Source of the DNA: Myxococcales bacterium
Lineage (GTDB): Bacteria; Desulfobacterota; Binatia; HRBIN30
Direction: 5' to 3'
Length of the DNA stretch: 64,000 nt
Assembly (NCBI GenBank): GCA_037445065.1
Contig: JBBILD010000005.1
Coordinates: forward strand, 64,001-128,000
Below are positions 18,149-27,776 of the stretch, one piece after another (the stretch's first letter is position 1; every line of letters starts with the position of its first letter). The notes beneath the pieces were generated by a model. That model did not search any database, was not told where the DNA came from, and saw nothing but the letters and a program-made list of their open reading frames with translations. A program made the translations under genes and the position numbers.

Positions 18149-19923
18149 GGCTTTCTGACAATGCAATGCCCGAGCACCAACGCGTCCATCCCGCTGCGCG
18201 CAAATGTGTTGAATGCGTTGGCTGGGCTCGTGACAATCGGTTCGCCCTTCAGGTTGAAGGAGGTATTCATCACAACCGGCACACCGGTGGCCTGCCCAAA
18301 ACGCTCGATCAACCGATAATACAGAGGGCTTTCGCTGCGATGCACGGCCTGCAAGCGGGCCGACGAGTCCACGTGCGTGATGGCAGGAACCACGGACCCT
18401 TGGCCGTCCTTCACTGGCACGACGTACAGCATAAAACGAGCCGGATAGTGCCGTGGCGCTTCTGGCAAATCGAAATAGCGCTCGGCCGCTTCGGCAAGCA
18501 CCGAGGGGGCAAACGGGCGGAAGGGTTCGCGGAACTTGATTTTCACGTTGACAATTTCCTTCATGTCGGCGCGGCGGGGGTCTGCCAAAATACTACGCGC
18601 CCCTAAAGCTCTCGGGCCCCACTCGAAGCGCCCTTGAAACCAACCTACGACGTGCCCAGCGACTAACTCTTCGACCACAGCGTCGAGCAAGCGGTCCTCG
18701 TCTTCATAAGTCTGGTAGGGCATACCGCAGCCTTGCACAAAAGACCGGATCGAAGCTTCGTCGAATTCCTCTCCCCAATACGCGTGTCGCATAACAAACG
18801 CTCGCGGATGGGAGAGAACCATATGGTGAGCCCACAATGCCGCGCCCAAGGCCCCACCACCGTCGCCAGCAGCAGGTTGCACAAATACCTCGCGCATCGG
18901 GGTTTCGCGGACGATTCGCCCGTTCGCAACGCTGTTCAGAGCCACGCCGCCAGCGAGGCACAAGCGGTCAATCCCCGTCAGGCGGTGCACTTCGCGCACC
19001 ATGGTGAGAACGATTTCCTCGGTAACGTGTTGAATACTGGCAGCCACGTCGGCGTAGTACTGGTTGCGGCGGGCCATTTCTTCATAGTTGGCGGGCTTGG
19101 GCTCGAAGTACGAGGGGTAACCTGAGCGCTCTGTAAAAAAGTGCCAGGACGGGTCGCGCGGTTCCCCGAATAGGTCGACGAACTTTTGGTTAAAGGTCTG
19201 TGTCGTCGAGTGATGGAACGAGAAATAGCTCATGTCGAGCCAGATCCCTCCGTCCGAGTCGACACGGACCAACTTGGCAACTTTGTCCACGTACTTGGGC
19301 TCGCCATACGGTGCCATCCCCATGACCTTGTATTCCCCCTCGTTCACTTCGAAGCCAAGGAAGGCCGTGAAGGCGCTGTACAGCAAGCCGACCGAATGGG
19401 GGAAATGAATCTCGCGCAGCAACCGGATTTGGTTGCCTTTGCCCACTCCCATGGTGGCCGTGGCCCACTCGCCGACCCCATCCACGGTCAAAATCGCTGC
19501 TTCCTCGAATGGCGAACAAAAAAAGGTGCTTGCTGCGTGGGACAAGTGGTGCTCGCTGAATAGGATCCGATCCGGAGGGGTGGCGAGTTCTTGGCGGATC
19601 AAGTTCTTCACCCAGAGCTTGTCCAACAACCACGTACTCATGGCGTCGCCGAACACCTTCCAGGTTTTTGGCACCGCCTGAAGCGCGGTCATGAGAATCC
19701 GCTCAAACTTGACGAATGGTTTCTCGTAAAACACCACGTAGTCCAGATCCTCACGCCGCAAACCTGCTTGCCGCAGGCAGAAGTCAATGGCGCGACGGGG
19801 GAAATCCGAGTCGTGTTTCTTGCGGCTGAAGCGCTCCTCCTCGGCGGCCGCGACCAGTTGACCATCCACCAGTAAGGCTGCGGCTGCGTCGTGATAGAAA
19901 CAGGAGATGCCCAAAATGTTCAT
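18145..19923 (-). CDS. O-carbamoyltransferase (NodU/CmcH/TobZ/SxtI family)
   Basis: ILGISCFYHDAAAAL, EEERFSRKKHD, EHHLSHAAS, DGVGE, EGEYKVMGMAPYG, GGVALN, GPRALG, KFREPFRPFAP and NTSFN motifs. Confidence 0.95.
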   Translation of the reverse strand: MNILGISCFYHDAAAALLVDGQLVAAAEEERFSRKKHDSDFPRRAIDFCLRQAGLRREDLDYVVFYEKPFVKFERILMTALQAVPKTWKVFGDAMSTWLLDKLWVKNLIRQELATPPDRILFSEHHLSHAASTFFCSPFEEAAILTVDGVGEWATATMGVGKGNQIRLLREIHFPHSVGLLYSAFTAFLGFEVNEGEYKVMGMAPYGEPKYVDKVAKLVRVDSDGGIWLDMSYFSFHHSTTQTFNQKFVDLFGEPRDPSWHFFTERSGYPSYFEPKPANYEEMARRNQYYADVAASIQHVTEEIVLTMVREVHRLTGIDRLCLAGGVALNSVANGRIVRETPMREVFVQPAAGDGGGALGAALWAHHMVLSHPRAFVMRHAYWGEEFDEASIRSFVQGCGMPYQTYEDEDRLLDAVVEELVAGHVVGWFQGRFEWGPRALGARSILADPRRADMKEIVNVKIKFREPFRPFAPSVLAEAAERYFDLPEAPRHYPARFMLYVVPVKDGQGSVVPAITHVDSSARLQAVHRSESPLYYRLIERFGQATGVPVVMNTSFNLKGEPIVTSPANAFNTFARSGMDALVLGHCIVRKP

Positions 19924-21146
19924 GTCGACTCTTGCTCCTTCCTAGCTCGGGCGTAAAACCGTTCGAGTTCTTCCACGTGCTTGGCTAACGAGAACCGCTG
20001 TTCCACCCATTGGCGCGCCGCACGCCCCAGCCGTTCCCGTTTTTCGCCATCGCGCACCAGGTCCGCAAGGCACTCAGCGAGAGCGGCCGCATCTCCTGGG
20101 CCAACGAGCATACCCGTGCGGCCAGTTTCGATGAGTTCCGGCACGCCCCCGGCAGCAGTAGCCACCACCGCTTTGCCCAACAGCATTCCCTCGAGGATCA
20201 CTCGACCAAAGGGCTCGGGTCGCACAGAGGTGTGAACGACGATGTCTAACGCGTTCACGAGGTCCGCCACGTCGGACCGGAATCCGGTCATCCGCACGAT
20301 GTCTCCGAGTCGTTCCCGCGCAACAAACTGCTCAATTGCGCGGTAGTACTCAGCACCGGCGCGGTGCACACCGCCAATCAAAGCACCGCGCAAGTTGGGA
20401 AAGCGCTCTCGCAATCGCGCCAAAGCCTGGACGAAGACAAGCTGCCCTTTCCACTCCTGCACATTGCCTACCACCCCCACCAATGGAGCCGCTGGATCCA
20501 CCCCCAATTCGCGGCGAACCTCCTGTGCGGGCCGGACCGGGTGGAAGTCCTGGGGGTCCACCGCATCGTAGATCACTGCGCAGTGGCGGTGCGTAATCCC
20601 ATGCTGCACGCAATGCTGTCGAACCGCCTCCGTCATGCAGATCAGGCCGGCAAGGCGCGGCGTGACCCAGCGCTCGCGAGCCGTGTACTTTTCGAAGCCT
20701 TTTACATGGCAAACCACTGGTACGCGCGCCAGGAGGCAGGCAAGAAGCGCATCGAAATTGGCTCGAACGCCGTTCCCAGCGTGCACGAGGTCGGGACGGA
20801 AGCGGCGCAAAATCGGAAGCAGCCGTAGGGCAGCCGGCAGGTCTTCCACCAACGTGCCCACAGTGCGCCGCGCGGCGAGCCGCACCTCACGCAGGCCACC
20901 TGCAGCAACAACACTTCGATATGGGCTCCAGGACTGCAGCCGGTGTTGTTTCGGCAAGCGCCGCCGCGACATATGCCAAACCTTTACCTGCAAGCGCTGC
21001 AGATCGGCTTCGATCGCCTTGGGCTCGTAAAGAACAATGCCGAGTTCATGCCCGCGCGGCCGGAGGCCCAAGATGCCGTGGTAGAGGCCGGTCAGCGAGC
21101 CACCGACGACTCCACCACTCGAGGCCTCCACAAACAAAATCCTCAT
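19920..21146 (-). CDS. GT4 glycosyltransferase
   Basis: MRILFV..GGS, WKGQ and PEPFGRVILEGMLLG motifs. Confidence 0.92.
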   Translation of the reverse strand: MRILFVEASSGGVVGGSLTGLYHGILGLRPRGHELGIVLYEPKAIEADLQRLQVKVWHMSRRRLPKQHRLQSWSPYRSVVAAGGLREVRLAARRTVGTLVEDLPAALRLLPILRRFRPDLVHAGNGVRANFDALLACLLARVPVVCHVKGFEKYTARERWVTPRLAGLICMTEAVRQHCVQHGITHRHCAVIYDAVDPQDFHPVRPAQEVRRELGVDPAAPLVGVVGNVQEWKGQLVFVQALARLRERFPNLRGALIGGVHRAGAEYYRAIEQFVARERLGDIVRMTGFRSDVADLVNALDIVVHTSVRPEPFGRVILEGMLLGKAVVATAAGGVPELIETGRTGMLVGPGDAAALAECLADLVRDGEKRERLGRAARQWVEQRFSLAKHVEELERFYARARKEQEST

Positions 21147-21152
21147 AAAAGC

Positions 21153-22277
21153 TCAAACAAAGCGGCCAAAGCGGCTCGGTTTTCTTTCCAAAGAGGCCAA
21201 AATCGTGTTCATCACATCTTCGCAAGACCAATTCGGAGCCACCGACAGCTCGAAGCAACGGCTCGCTTCCACGAGCGAGGCGAGTTGTCGCTCGCGCTCC
21301 GCTACCAATCCAGACGGCGCCAGCTGTTCCCACACCGCGGCGAAGGCCCAGTAGCGGCGCAAGTCGTTGATGATCAGGTTTCCCGCGCTCAGCCACTGGT
21401 GCGCGAGCTTTGGCTCGATTGCCCGCATATACGTCCGTGCCCCTCGTCGCGGAAAGAGAATCGCAGTCACCTGCCCGCCCACGCTGCGTTTCTCCTGTGA
21501 CACGCGGAACCCGCGGCGGTCCAACAAGTATTTCTCCCCTAACGGAACAAGGATTTGCGCACGCGGTCCGAGCCAAGCCTGGCTCCGTCGGTCCAGCAAG
21601 ATCGGTTCGGGCACTGCTGTCACAGCCGTTGCGCGGTGCAGCACAAAGCTATCCGACAAAAGCCGGTGGCCGTCTTCCGCAGCCAGTGCAACCGCAAGTG
21701 TTGATTTCCCCACCCCGCTTGCCCCAGCCAAGAGTACCACTCCTAGCGGTGTCTCTATGCCCGCGGCGTGAATGGGATGGCCCAGCCCCCGCGTCTCGCT
21801 CAGCCACCAACAAGGGTAATAAACCAAGTACGAGACCAGCGTGGGGAAGCGGCGCCGCCGCCACTGCCGCACCTCGCGCCACCGAAGCACGCGACGGAGG
21901 CGGTCGGCCCCCCAGCTCCCCGCGACACGAAAGAAAAAGCGACCGACGACCTCCACTTGGTCAGCAGCAAAGCGAACTCGCAAGAACAGATCGCGCAAAT
22001 CGTCCACGCGGTACCAGTGCAAGGATCGCTCGCCAACGTACAGATCGCGGTCGACTCGCATCATCCCGGGCAAGTCCGGATGATCGGCCGGCCGCACTGG
22101 CTGCCCGTTGTGCCATTCCAGCCACGTGGAAAGGTCTGCCGGAAGGCGCACGTCTTCGCTCAACACGTCCTGCAGATGTTTTCGCGCGTAGTTGAGGAAC
22201 GGTTGATACGTCGTCTTGAGTTCGAAGGTAATGGAGCCGAGTTTTCCCTGCACTGCCTCCAAAGGGATGCCCCTCAT
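21153..22277 (-). CDS. HPr-kinase-related P-loop NTPase, function unknown
   Basis: IHAAGI...VLLAGASGVGKSTLA...LLSDS resembles the H-A-x...GxSGxGKST...xSDD core of HprK-related kinases. Confidence 0.65.
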   Translation of the reverse strand: MRGIPLEAVQGKLGSITFELKTTYQPFLNYARKHLQDVLSEDVRLPADLSTWLEWHNGQPVRPADHPDLPGMMRVDRDLYVGERSLHWYRVDDLRDLFLRVRFAADQVEVVGRFFFRVAGSWGADRLRRVLRWREVRQWRRRRFPTLVSYLVYYPCWWLSETRGLGHPIHAAGIETPLGVVLLAGASGVGKSTLAVALAAEDGHRLLSDSFVLHRATAVTAVPEPILLDRRSQAWLGPRAQILVPLGEKYLLDRRGFRVSQEKRSVGGQVTAILFPRRGARTYMRAIEPKLAHQWLSAGNLIINDLRRYWAFAAVWEQLAPSGLVAERERQLASLVEASRCFELSVAPNWSCEDVMNTILASLERKPSRFGRFV

Positions 22278-23737
22278 GCGTCACCCCCCTTGCGCGTGGA
22301 GAGTATGGCGAGGCCCCGAGCCACGAACGGAACTTGCCGAACCCAGCGAGCTAGCCATCGATTGCGCCGGGTAACGGCATCCAGCGTTGCACTGGCAATG
22401 AAGGCGACGTCCCCGCCACTGGGCAGCAACACCTCGCGCAACGCGATTCCTGACTCCGTCCGGAAGCGCTGAAGCAACAACGCCGCAGCAAACGAGTAGG
22501 CAATCGCAGTGGCGAGAGCCGCACCAACAATTCCGTAGCGGGGAATCAAAAACAAGTTGAGGCCAATGTTGGTCAGCAAAGCGAGGCCCCCAGCGAGCAC
22601 ATTGACTCCTTGTCGGTTGCGACTGGTAAAGTCTCTCGAAACGATGGTGAAGACCGCCATCGCCACCGCTCCGACGGCTGCAAAAGGCAAAGGCGCGGTG
22701 GCCTGGGCAAAAGCGCGCCCATACCAAAGCGGGATCAGGATCGGCCCGAACGCCACCACGGCGATCCCGCCACAACCCGTGAGTAGCACGGTTCGGCGGC
22801 ACGTTTGGGCCGTGACCCGGTGTACGTCTTGTTTGGGCAAGCCCGCCATCTTCGGGTACACAACCCACCCGACCGCCTGCGGGATTTCGAGAAGCATTTC
22901 GGTGAAATGCAGTGCCAAACTATAAAAGGCGGCCCGAGCCGGATCGAGGAAGTACGCGACGAGATAGACATCGCTGCGGAAGAGCAGGTGAGTGGTCAGA
23001 ATTTGCGTGTACGACTTTACCCCGAACCGAACTTGCCGCCTCAGCAAGCCCAAATCGGGCCGCAGACCAAAGGCGAGCCGGCGGCGAACCGAAATCAAAA
23101 GCGAGGCCACCACGGCAGTCGTTACGCCTGCATAAATCCACATCGCGACCCACAGGTCGAGCCGCCCGGTCCCCCAGGCCACCAACACGCCCAGCGCCAG
23201 TAAACCCGCGCCGGCCAGGCTGCGGCTATTGTAAAGAGAAAACTGACCCATCGCCTGCAGCACGCCCCAGAAAAAATTATCCAGCAAGAGCCACGGAAGC
23301 CGCCACAGACTCAAGGCGAATGCCCACAGGGGCAATCCCTTCAGGAAAGACGCAGAAAGCTCTTCTGCGAAACCCCACGTGAATGCCGCGCACACGAGGC
23401 TCAGGGTCACGGCCAATAAGAGCGAATTCGCCGCCACTTGGGCTAACGGCGCTCCTTCCCGGCGAACGCAATACACGTTCGCTTGCGTGATGCCCAGCTT
23501 GCACAGGGTCATCAACGTCGACGGCAGAAGCAGAGCGAGAGCCAAGAGCCCGCGGTCGTGAGGACCCAACCCACGCGCAAGCAGAATGCCCGTAATCATG
23601 CCGAGCGCGGCAACCCCCATCCGGGAGCCAAATAACGCCAGCATCTCGTGCGAGAGGCGTCTCATGGCGAACCCAGGGCTTTTTTCGGACCCGGAGCGCG
23701 AAGCTACCGGCGCGGCCGCTACGTTTCTTTCTGGCAC
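22274..23737 (-). CDS. wzx: Wzx-type oligosaccharide flippase (MOP family)
   Basis: About 12-14 TMs; LARGLGPHDRG, RSDVYLV and NLFLIPRYGIVGAALAT motifs. Confidence 0.9.
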   Translation of the reverse strand: MPERNVAAAPVASRSGSEKSPGFAMRRLSHEMLALFGSRMGVAALGMITGILLARGLGPHDRGLLALALLLPSTLMTLCKLGITQANVYCVRREGAPLAQVAANSLLLAVTLSLVCAAFTWGFAEELSASFLKGLPLWAFALSLWRLPWLLLDNFFWGVLQAMGQFSLYNSRSLAGAGLLALGVLVAWGTGRLDLWVAMWIYAGVTTAVVASLLISVRRRLAFGLRPDLGLLRRQVRFGVKSYTQILTTHLLFRSDVYLVAYFLDPARAAFYSLALHFTEMLLEIPQAVGWVVYPKMAGLPKQDVHRVTAQTCRRTVLLTGCGGIAVVAFGPILIPLWYGRAFAQATAPLPFAAVGAVAMAVFTIVSRDFTSRNRQGVNVLAGGLALLTNIGLNLFLIPRYGIVGAALATAIAYSFAAALLLQRFRTESGIALREVLLPSGGDVAFIASATLDAVTRRNRWLARWVRQVPFVARGLAILSTRKGGDA

Positions 23738-24462
23738 ACGATCATCCAGGTGTTGGCTCGGCGCCCCGGTAGCCGCTCCAGCGCCCCGATCAGCCAGCGA
23801 GCCAGAGGTTCCGCACGAAAGCGCAGGCGGTTCAGCCGCCGCTGAATCGGAAAATGCTTGAGCAACCCCTCGATCTCGATCACTCGGAACCCATGTCGGC
23901 TCAGTTCCTGTTCGGCTTCACCGGGCGCATAGAGTACGTCGTAAATGGGGTATTGCTCAACTCCGCGCTCGAGGCGGGCGGGAAGGCACACCTCGCGGTT
24001 CAAAGCGTCCAATACAAGGATCCCCGTTGGGCGAAGAAGCCTCCGGATCTCGCCGTACAAACGTGCTCGTTCTTCCTCACGAAAATGACGAATGAAGCGC
24101 GCTGTGTAAATCAGATCGAAGGTCTCGTCGCGAAACGGAAGGCAAAACGCATCCCCACGCAAAAAACTCCACGCTCGAGACTGGGTGCGCGCGGCAGCCT
24201 TGCGGAGCATGGGCAGGCTGGCGTCCACACCGACACCGAAGGAAAGACCTGTAACCTCCGCTGCGAGCCGGCCTGGACCACAGGCTAATTCCAGCACGGA
24301 GCGCGGCCGCAAGCGCCCAATGATGGAGTTCAAGTATGCTACCTGGCGACGATGCAGCAGGCCGTTCAGAGGTTGGCTCGTGCGCCGGTCCAGGTACGAG
24401 TCAACCACCTGCCGGTCTTGATAAAAAGCCTTGAGACGCTCGGGCTGGTGAATCGGGTCCAT
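23719..24462 (-). CDS. Class I SAM-dependent methyltransferase
   Basis: VLELACGPGR, GDAFCLPFRDETFDLI and EIRRLLRPTG motifs. Confidence 0.88.
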   Translation of the reverse strand: MDPIHQPERLKAFYQDRQVVDSYLDRRTSQPLNGLLHRRQVAYLNSIIGRLRPRSVLELACGPGRLAAEVTGLSFGVGVDASLPMLRKAAARTQSRAWSFLRGDAFCLPFRDETFDLIYTARFIRHFREEERARLYGEIRRLLRPTGILVLDALNREVCLPARLERGVEQYPIYDVLYAPGEAEQELSRHGFRVIEIEGLLKHFPIQRRLNRLRFRAEPLARWLIGALERLPGRRANTWMIVCQKET

Positions 24463-24486
24463 AAGTTGTACTCAGCCGTTCCACGA

Positions 24487-25464
24487 CTATCCGACCGCCG
24501 TAACCGATGCAATTGCACCCTGAACGTCGTCCCGCCAACTCTCACGAGGCTTCCACCCCAGGTCACGGATGGCCGCCGAGCAGTCATAAAAAGCTCGGTG
24601 CGTAGCGCGGCAAACCTGGTGATAGGAAATGGGGCTACGTCGGCCAGCCAGCGCGAGTGCGTGCTCCGCTATCCATGCCGCCCCAGCCACCACTCGTACA
24701 GGTAAGTACACGGCCTGCCAATCCGCCCCCAAAGCGTGTTTTTGCACTTCCACCATCGCGCTCTGCGGTACATGCGCATCCACGATGGTGTATGCTCGGC
24801 CGATCACTCTTTCGTCCGCATTCAGCGCCAGGAGCGCGGCCTGGGCAACACTGTCCACGTGACTCAACGGCAAGGGGTAATCGCGGCGCGCGAGCAGCAA
24901 CCGATACCGCCTCCAAGCAATCACCTGCCGCGCCAGGGGCGGACGCCGCCCTGGACCGAACAACAGTCCAGGCCGTAACACCACTGCAGGAGCGCCCCTT
25001 TTCGCTTCCCATAACACCAGCCGATCGGCGGCCAGTTTCGAGCGGCTGTAATGCCCTCGCGCCCGCGACTCGCACTCATAAGAACCGGCTTCTGTAATCA
25101 CGGCCCCATCATCAGGCACATCAAAAACACTGAGGGAACTGACATGAACAAAGCGGCGCACCCCAGCGAAGCGGGCCGCATCCAGCAAACGGCCTGTGGC
25201 TCGAATATTGACCTCTGCAAACTCTTCCCAACTGCCACTGGTACTCACACGAGCCGCCGCGTGAATCACCGCATCCATTCCAACCACCGCCACCCGCGGT
25301 AAGGCTGGATCGACGAGGTCGCCAACCACCACTTCGAGGCCCATCCTGGCAAACGCCTCGTGCGCTGTCCGAGTCAGAACTCTGACACTGAGGCCCTGCG
25401 CGAGGGCGGTTCGCACCAGAGCCTGCCCTAAAAAACCAGCCGCCCCGGTGATCAGTACCTTCAC
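24487..25464 (-). CDS. NAD-dependent epimerase/dehydratase (extended SDR)
   Basis: TGAAGFLG, HAAA, HVSSLSV, YSRSK and LRPGLLFGP motifs. Confidence 0.88.
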   Translation of the reverse strand: MKVLITGAAGFLGQALVRTALAQGLSVRVLTRTAHEAFARMGLEVVVGDLVDPALPRVAVVGMDAVIHAAARVSTSGSWEEFAEVNIRATGRLLDAARFAGVRRFVHVSSLSVFDVPDDGAVITEAGSYECESRARGHYSRSKLAADRLVLWEAKRGAPAVVLRPGLLFGPGRRPPLARQVIAWRRYRLLLARRDYPLPLSHVDSVAQAALLALNADERVIGRAYTIVDAHVPQSAMVEVQKHALGADWQAVYLPVRVVAGAAWIAEHALALAGRRSPISYHQVCRATHRAFYDCSAAIRDLGWKPRESWRDDVQGAIASVTAVG

Positions 25465-26519
25465 GCGGCCGCCTCCGCAGCGCGGCTCCCGCCTGCCACG
25501 CAGCGGTACAGCTCCTCTAACAAGGCAACCACCGCTCGCCCGTCCTCTGCCCGCACCGGGGGCTCCCGGCCTTCGGCCAAAGCCCGATAGAACTCTGCGA
25601 AATGCACTCCCATTCCCGGATAAAACCGCTGCCTTCCACGAACGAACTCCACAGCGTTGCGCACAGTGGCGAGCAAAAGTTGCCGCGCTTCATCCAAGTT
25701 GGGGAACACCTTGGCCAGCAACTTTGGAAGCTTCGGCATTCTGCGCACGACTAGTGTCATGTTGTTCAAGTTTACGAAGGCGGATGCCCGGGTTCCGTAA
25801 AGCACCACTACGTTCGCGATCGGCCGTGCTTGTGTGGACAGAGTCAGTTGGCAAAAGGCGCGTTGCCCCCGCAGCACAGCACGTAATTCTCGAAGACCAC
25901 CTTGCTCATCCCAATCCGCTGCAGCTTGGAGTTCGCGGATCTCGCCTACGAATCCGTGAGCCAAGTAGGCTGGGTGCGGCGCGGAATCAAAAACGGCCCC
26001 ACCGGGGAGTTCTGACTTCCAGACCTGCTCTTCGCCTTCCGCGCTACCCACGCTACAAAACACATCCACCCCCACCAATTCGCCAAGGGCGCCAGCGGAC
26101 AAGAGATGCCGCGCTTGGCGGATGACCGGGTCGAACCATCGGTTGTGATCCACGCTCAGCACCCGCCTTGTCTCACGTGCGACTTCCAGCATGCGATCAG
26201 CTTCTTCCGTGCTCACGGCCATCGGCTTCTCCACCAAAACGTTCACACCGGCGCGCATGAATTCGATGGCCAGGGCGGCGTGCGTCCGGGGAGGGGTCAC
26301 GATGTGAACGACGTCTGGCTCCAACGCACCCAGCATTTCCCGGATTTCTGCGCATGTGGGGACCTGCCAGCGCCGTGTAAACGCTTCCCGCGCACGTGGA
26401 TCCGCATCGCACCCCCCCACCAGCACCACCGACGGAAGAGCCCGCAGATAGGCGGCATGAACCTGTGCGATTCGCCCGCAACCAACGAGGGCGACTCGAA
26501 ATGGTTGGCGCTGGGCCAT
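25461..26519 (-). CDS. Gfo/Idh/MocA family oxidoreductase
   Basis: VGCGRIA, VHIVTPP, VEKPMA and DSAPH motifs. Confidence 0.9.
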   Translation of the reverse strand: MAQRQPFRVALVGCGRIAQVHAAYLRALPSVVLVGGCDADPRAREAFTRRWQVPTCAEIREMLGALEPDVVHIVTPPRTHAALAIEFMRAGVNVLVEKPMAVSTEEADRMLEVARETRRVLSVDHNRWFDPVIRQARHLLSAGALGELVGVDVFCSVGSAEGEEQVWKSELPGGAVFDSAPHPAYLAHGFVGEIRELQAAADWDEQGGLRELRAVLRGQRAFCQLTLSTQARPIANVVVLYGTRASAFVNLNNMTLVVRRMPKLPKLLAKVFPNLDEARQLLLATVRNAVEFVRGRQRFYPGMGVHFAEFYRALAEGREPPVRAEDGRAVVALLEELYRCVAGGSRAAEAAA

Positions 26520-26531
26520 CTCTCCAGAAAG

Positions 26532-27539
26532 TTACGCGGTTGCCCGCTGGCGTGTATGATTCTGCAACTGCTTTACGTTGTGGTAGACAGGATCGCCAAA
26601 GTCGCGAACCTTGCCGTTGCGCAGGAGTTCGTGAACCTCTCGAATCGCATCGTCCACGGTGTATTGCGGCACGAAGCCTAGACTCTCACGAATGCGGCGA
26701 AAGGACACGCGGTAACTGCGCCGGTCCTCCACCTGGTCGTAGGTTTCCACGACCGTACCCGGAATGTGAGCAACGACTTTGTCGGCGATCTGACCGACTG
26801 TGAAGTTCAGATGATCCCCTCCCACGTTGAAAATCTGCCGATTCACGCGCTCCGCCGGCGCTTCCACCGCGCGTACGAATGCGTCGGCCACGTCACGCAC
26901 GTGGATGTGAGGCCGCCACTGGTTTGCCCCCACGACCCGGATGCGACCCGTCACCGAAGCACGTGCGGAAATGGTGTTCACCATCAGGTCAAAGCGCATC
27001 CGCGGCGACAAGCCGCACACGGTGGACAGGCGCAAGATCACCACTTCTGGCCCGTCCTTTTCCTCCATGAGGACCTCTTCCGACATGATGCGGGTGCGCG
27101 CGTACAAGGAGACTGGGTTGAGCGGCGAGTTTTCATCGAGCCACTGGTCCCCGCTGGCCCCGTAAACGCTGCAAGAAGAAGCAAACACGATTCGTTGAAC
27201 TCTCGATTTGCGGCAAGCATCCAACAGCAGACGGGTCGATTCGAAATTGGTCATCAGCGCGACACGAGGATCCAAGTCGCAAGCCGCATCGCCGACCAGT
27301 GCCGCCAAGGCAACGACGGCACGCACGCCTTGCACCGCCTCGATCACGTCGCCGATGTGGCAAATGTCCCCGAACTTGGTCTTTAGGTGCGGGTTTCCGC
27401 GTAAGTCTGCGAGGCCGTGCTTCCCGTACAAGTAGTTGTCCAGAACTCGCACCTCGTAGCCGCGCTGGAGAAGCTGGCGGACAAGATGGGAACCAATGTA
27501 ACCAGCTCCCCCGGTGACCAAAATTGCATCCCGCTGCAT
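26532..27539 (-). CDS. NAD-dependent epimerase/dehydratase
   Basis: TGGAGYIG, FASSCSVYG, YARTR (YxxxK variant) and SPRMRFDL motifs. ATG 27539 has a GGGAGG RBS. Confidence 0.88.
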   Translation of the reverse strand: MQRDAILVTGGAGYIGSHLVRQLLQRGYEVRVLDNYLYGKHGLADLRGNPHLKTKFGDICHIGDVIEAVQGVRAVVALAALVGDAACDLDPRVALMTNFESTRLLLDACRKSRVQRIVFASSCSVYGASGDQWLDENSPLNPVSLYARTRIMSEEVLMEEKDGPEVVILRLSTVCGLSPRMRFDLMVNTISARASVTGRIRVVGANQWRPHIHVRDVADAFVRAVEAPAERVNRQIFNVGGDHLNFTVGQIADKVVAHIPGTVVETYDQVEDRRSYRVSFRRIRESLGFVPQYTVDDAIREVHELLRNGKVRDFGDPVYHNVKQLQNHTRQRATA

Positions 27540-27776
27540 CGCTCCCTCCCTAAAACCGAAATCTTCAATGCTCCTGCCGAGGTCGCGGGTCCCTCCCACT
27601 CAGAGCCGGCACGCGCTCACCGCGCGCAGCCCTAAATCCCGCCGGGTTACCCTGTGGTTGTCTTGGTGCAGACACATGCATTTGAACACGGTGGACCATC
27701 GCTGGTTTTCCCGGAACCTCAGCTACAGGCAGTGCCGATCCCATAAACTCGCTTAAAATGCAAGAACAAACGCAAC

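Noticed and set aside
16765..19923. Saxitoxin biosynthesis cluster
   Set aside because: Only sxtI/K/L-like families are present. There is no sxtA, sxtG or other core gene, and the context is polysaccharide synthesis.
27720..27737. Possible sigma54 promoter CGGCACTGCCTGTAGC (minus strand)
   Set aside because: GG-to-GC spacing is 11 nt rather than the required 10.
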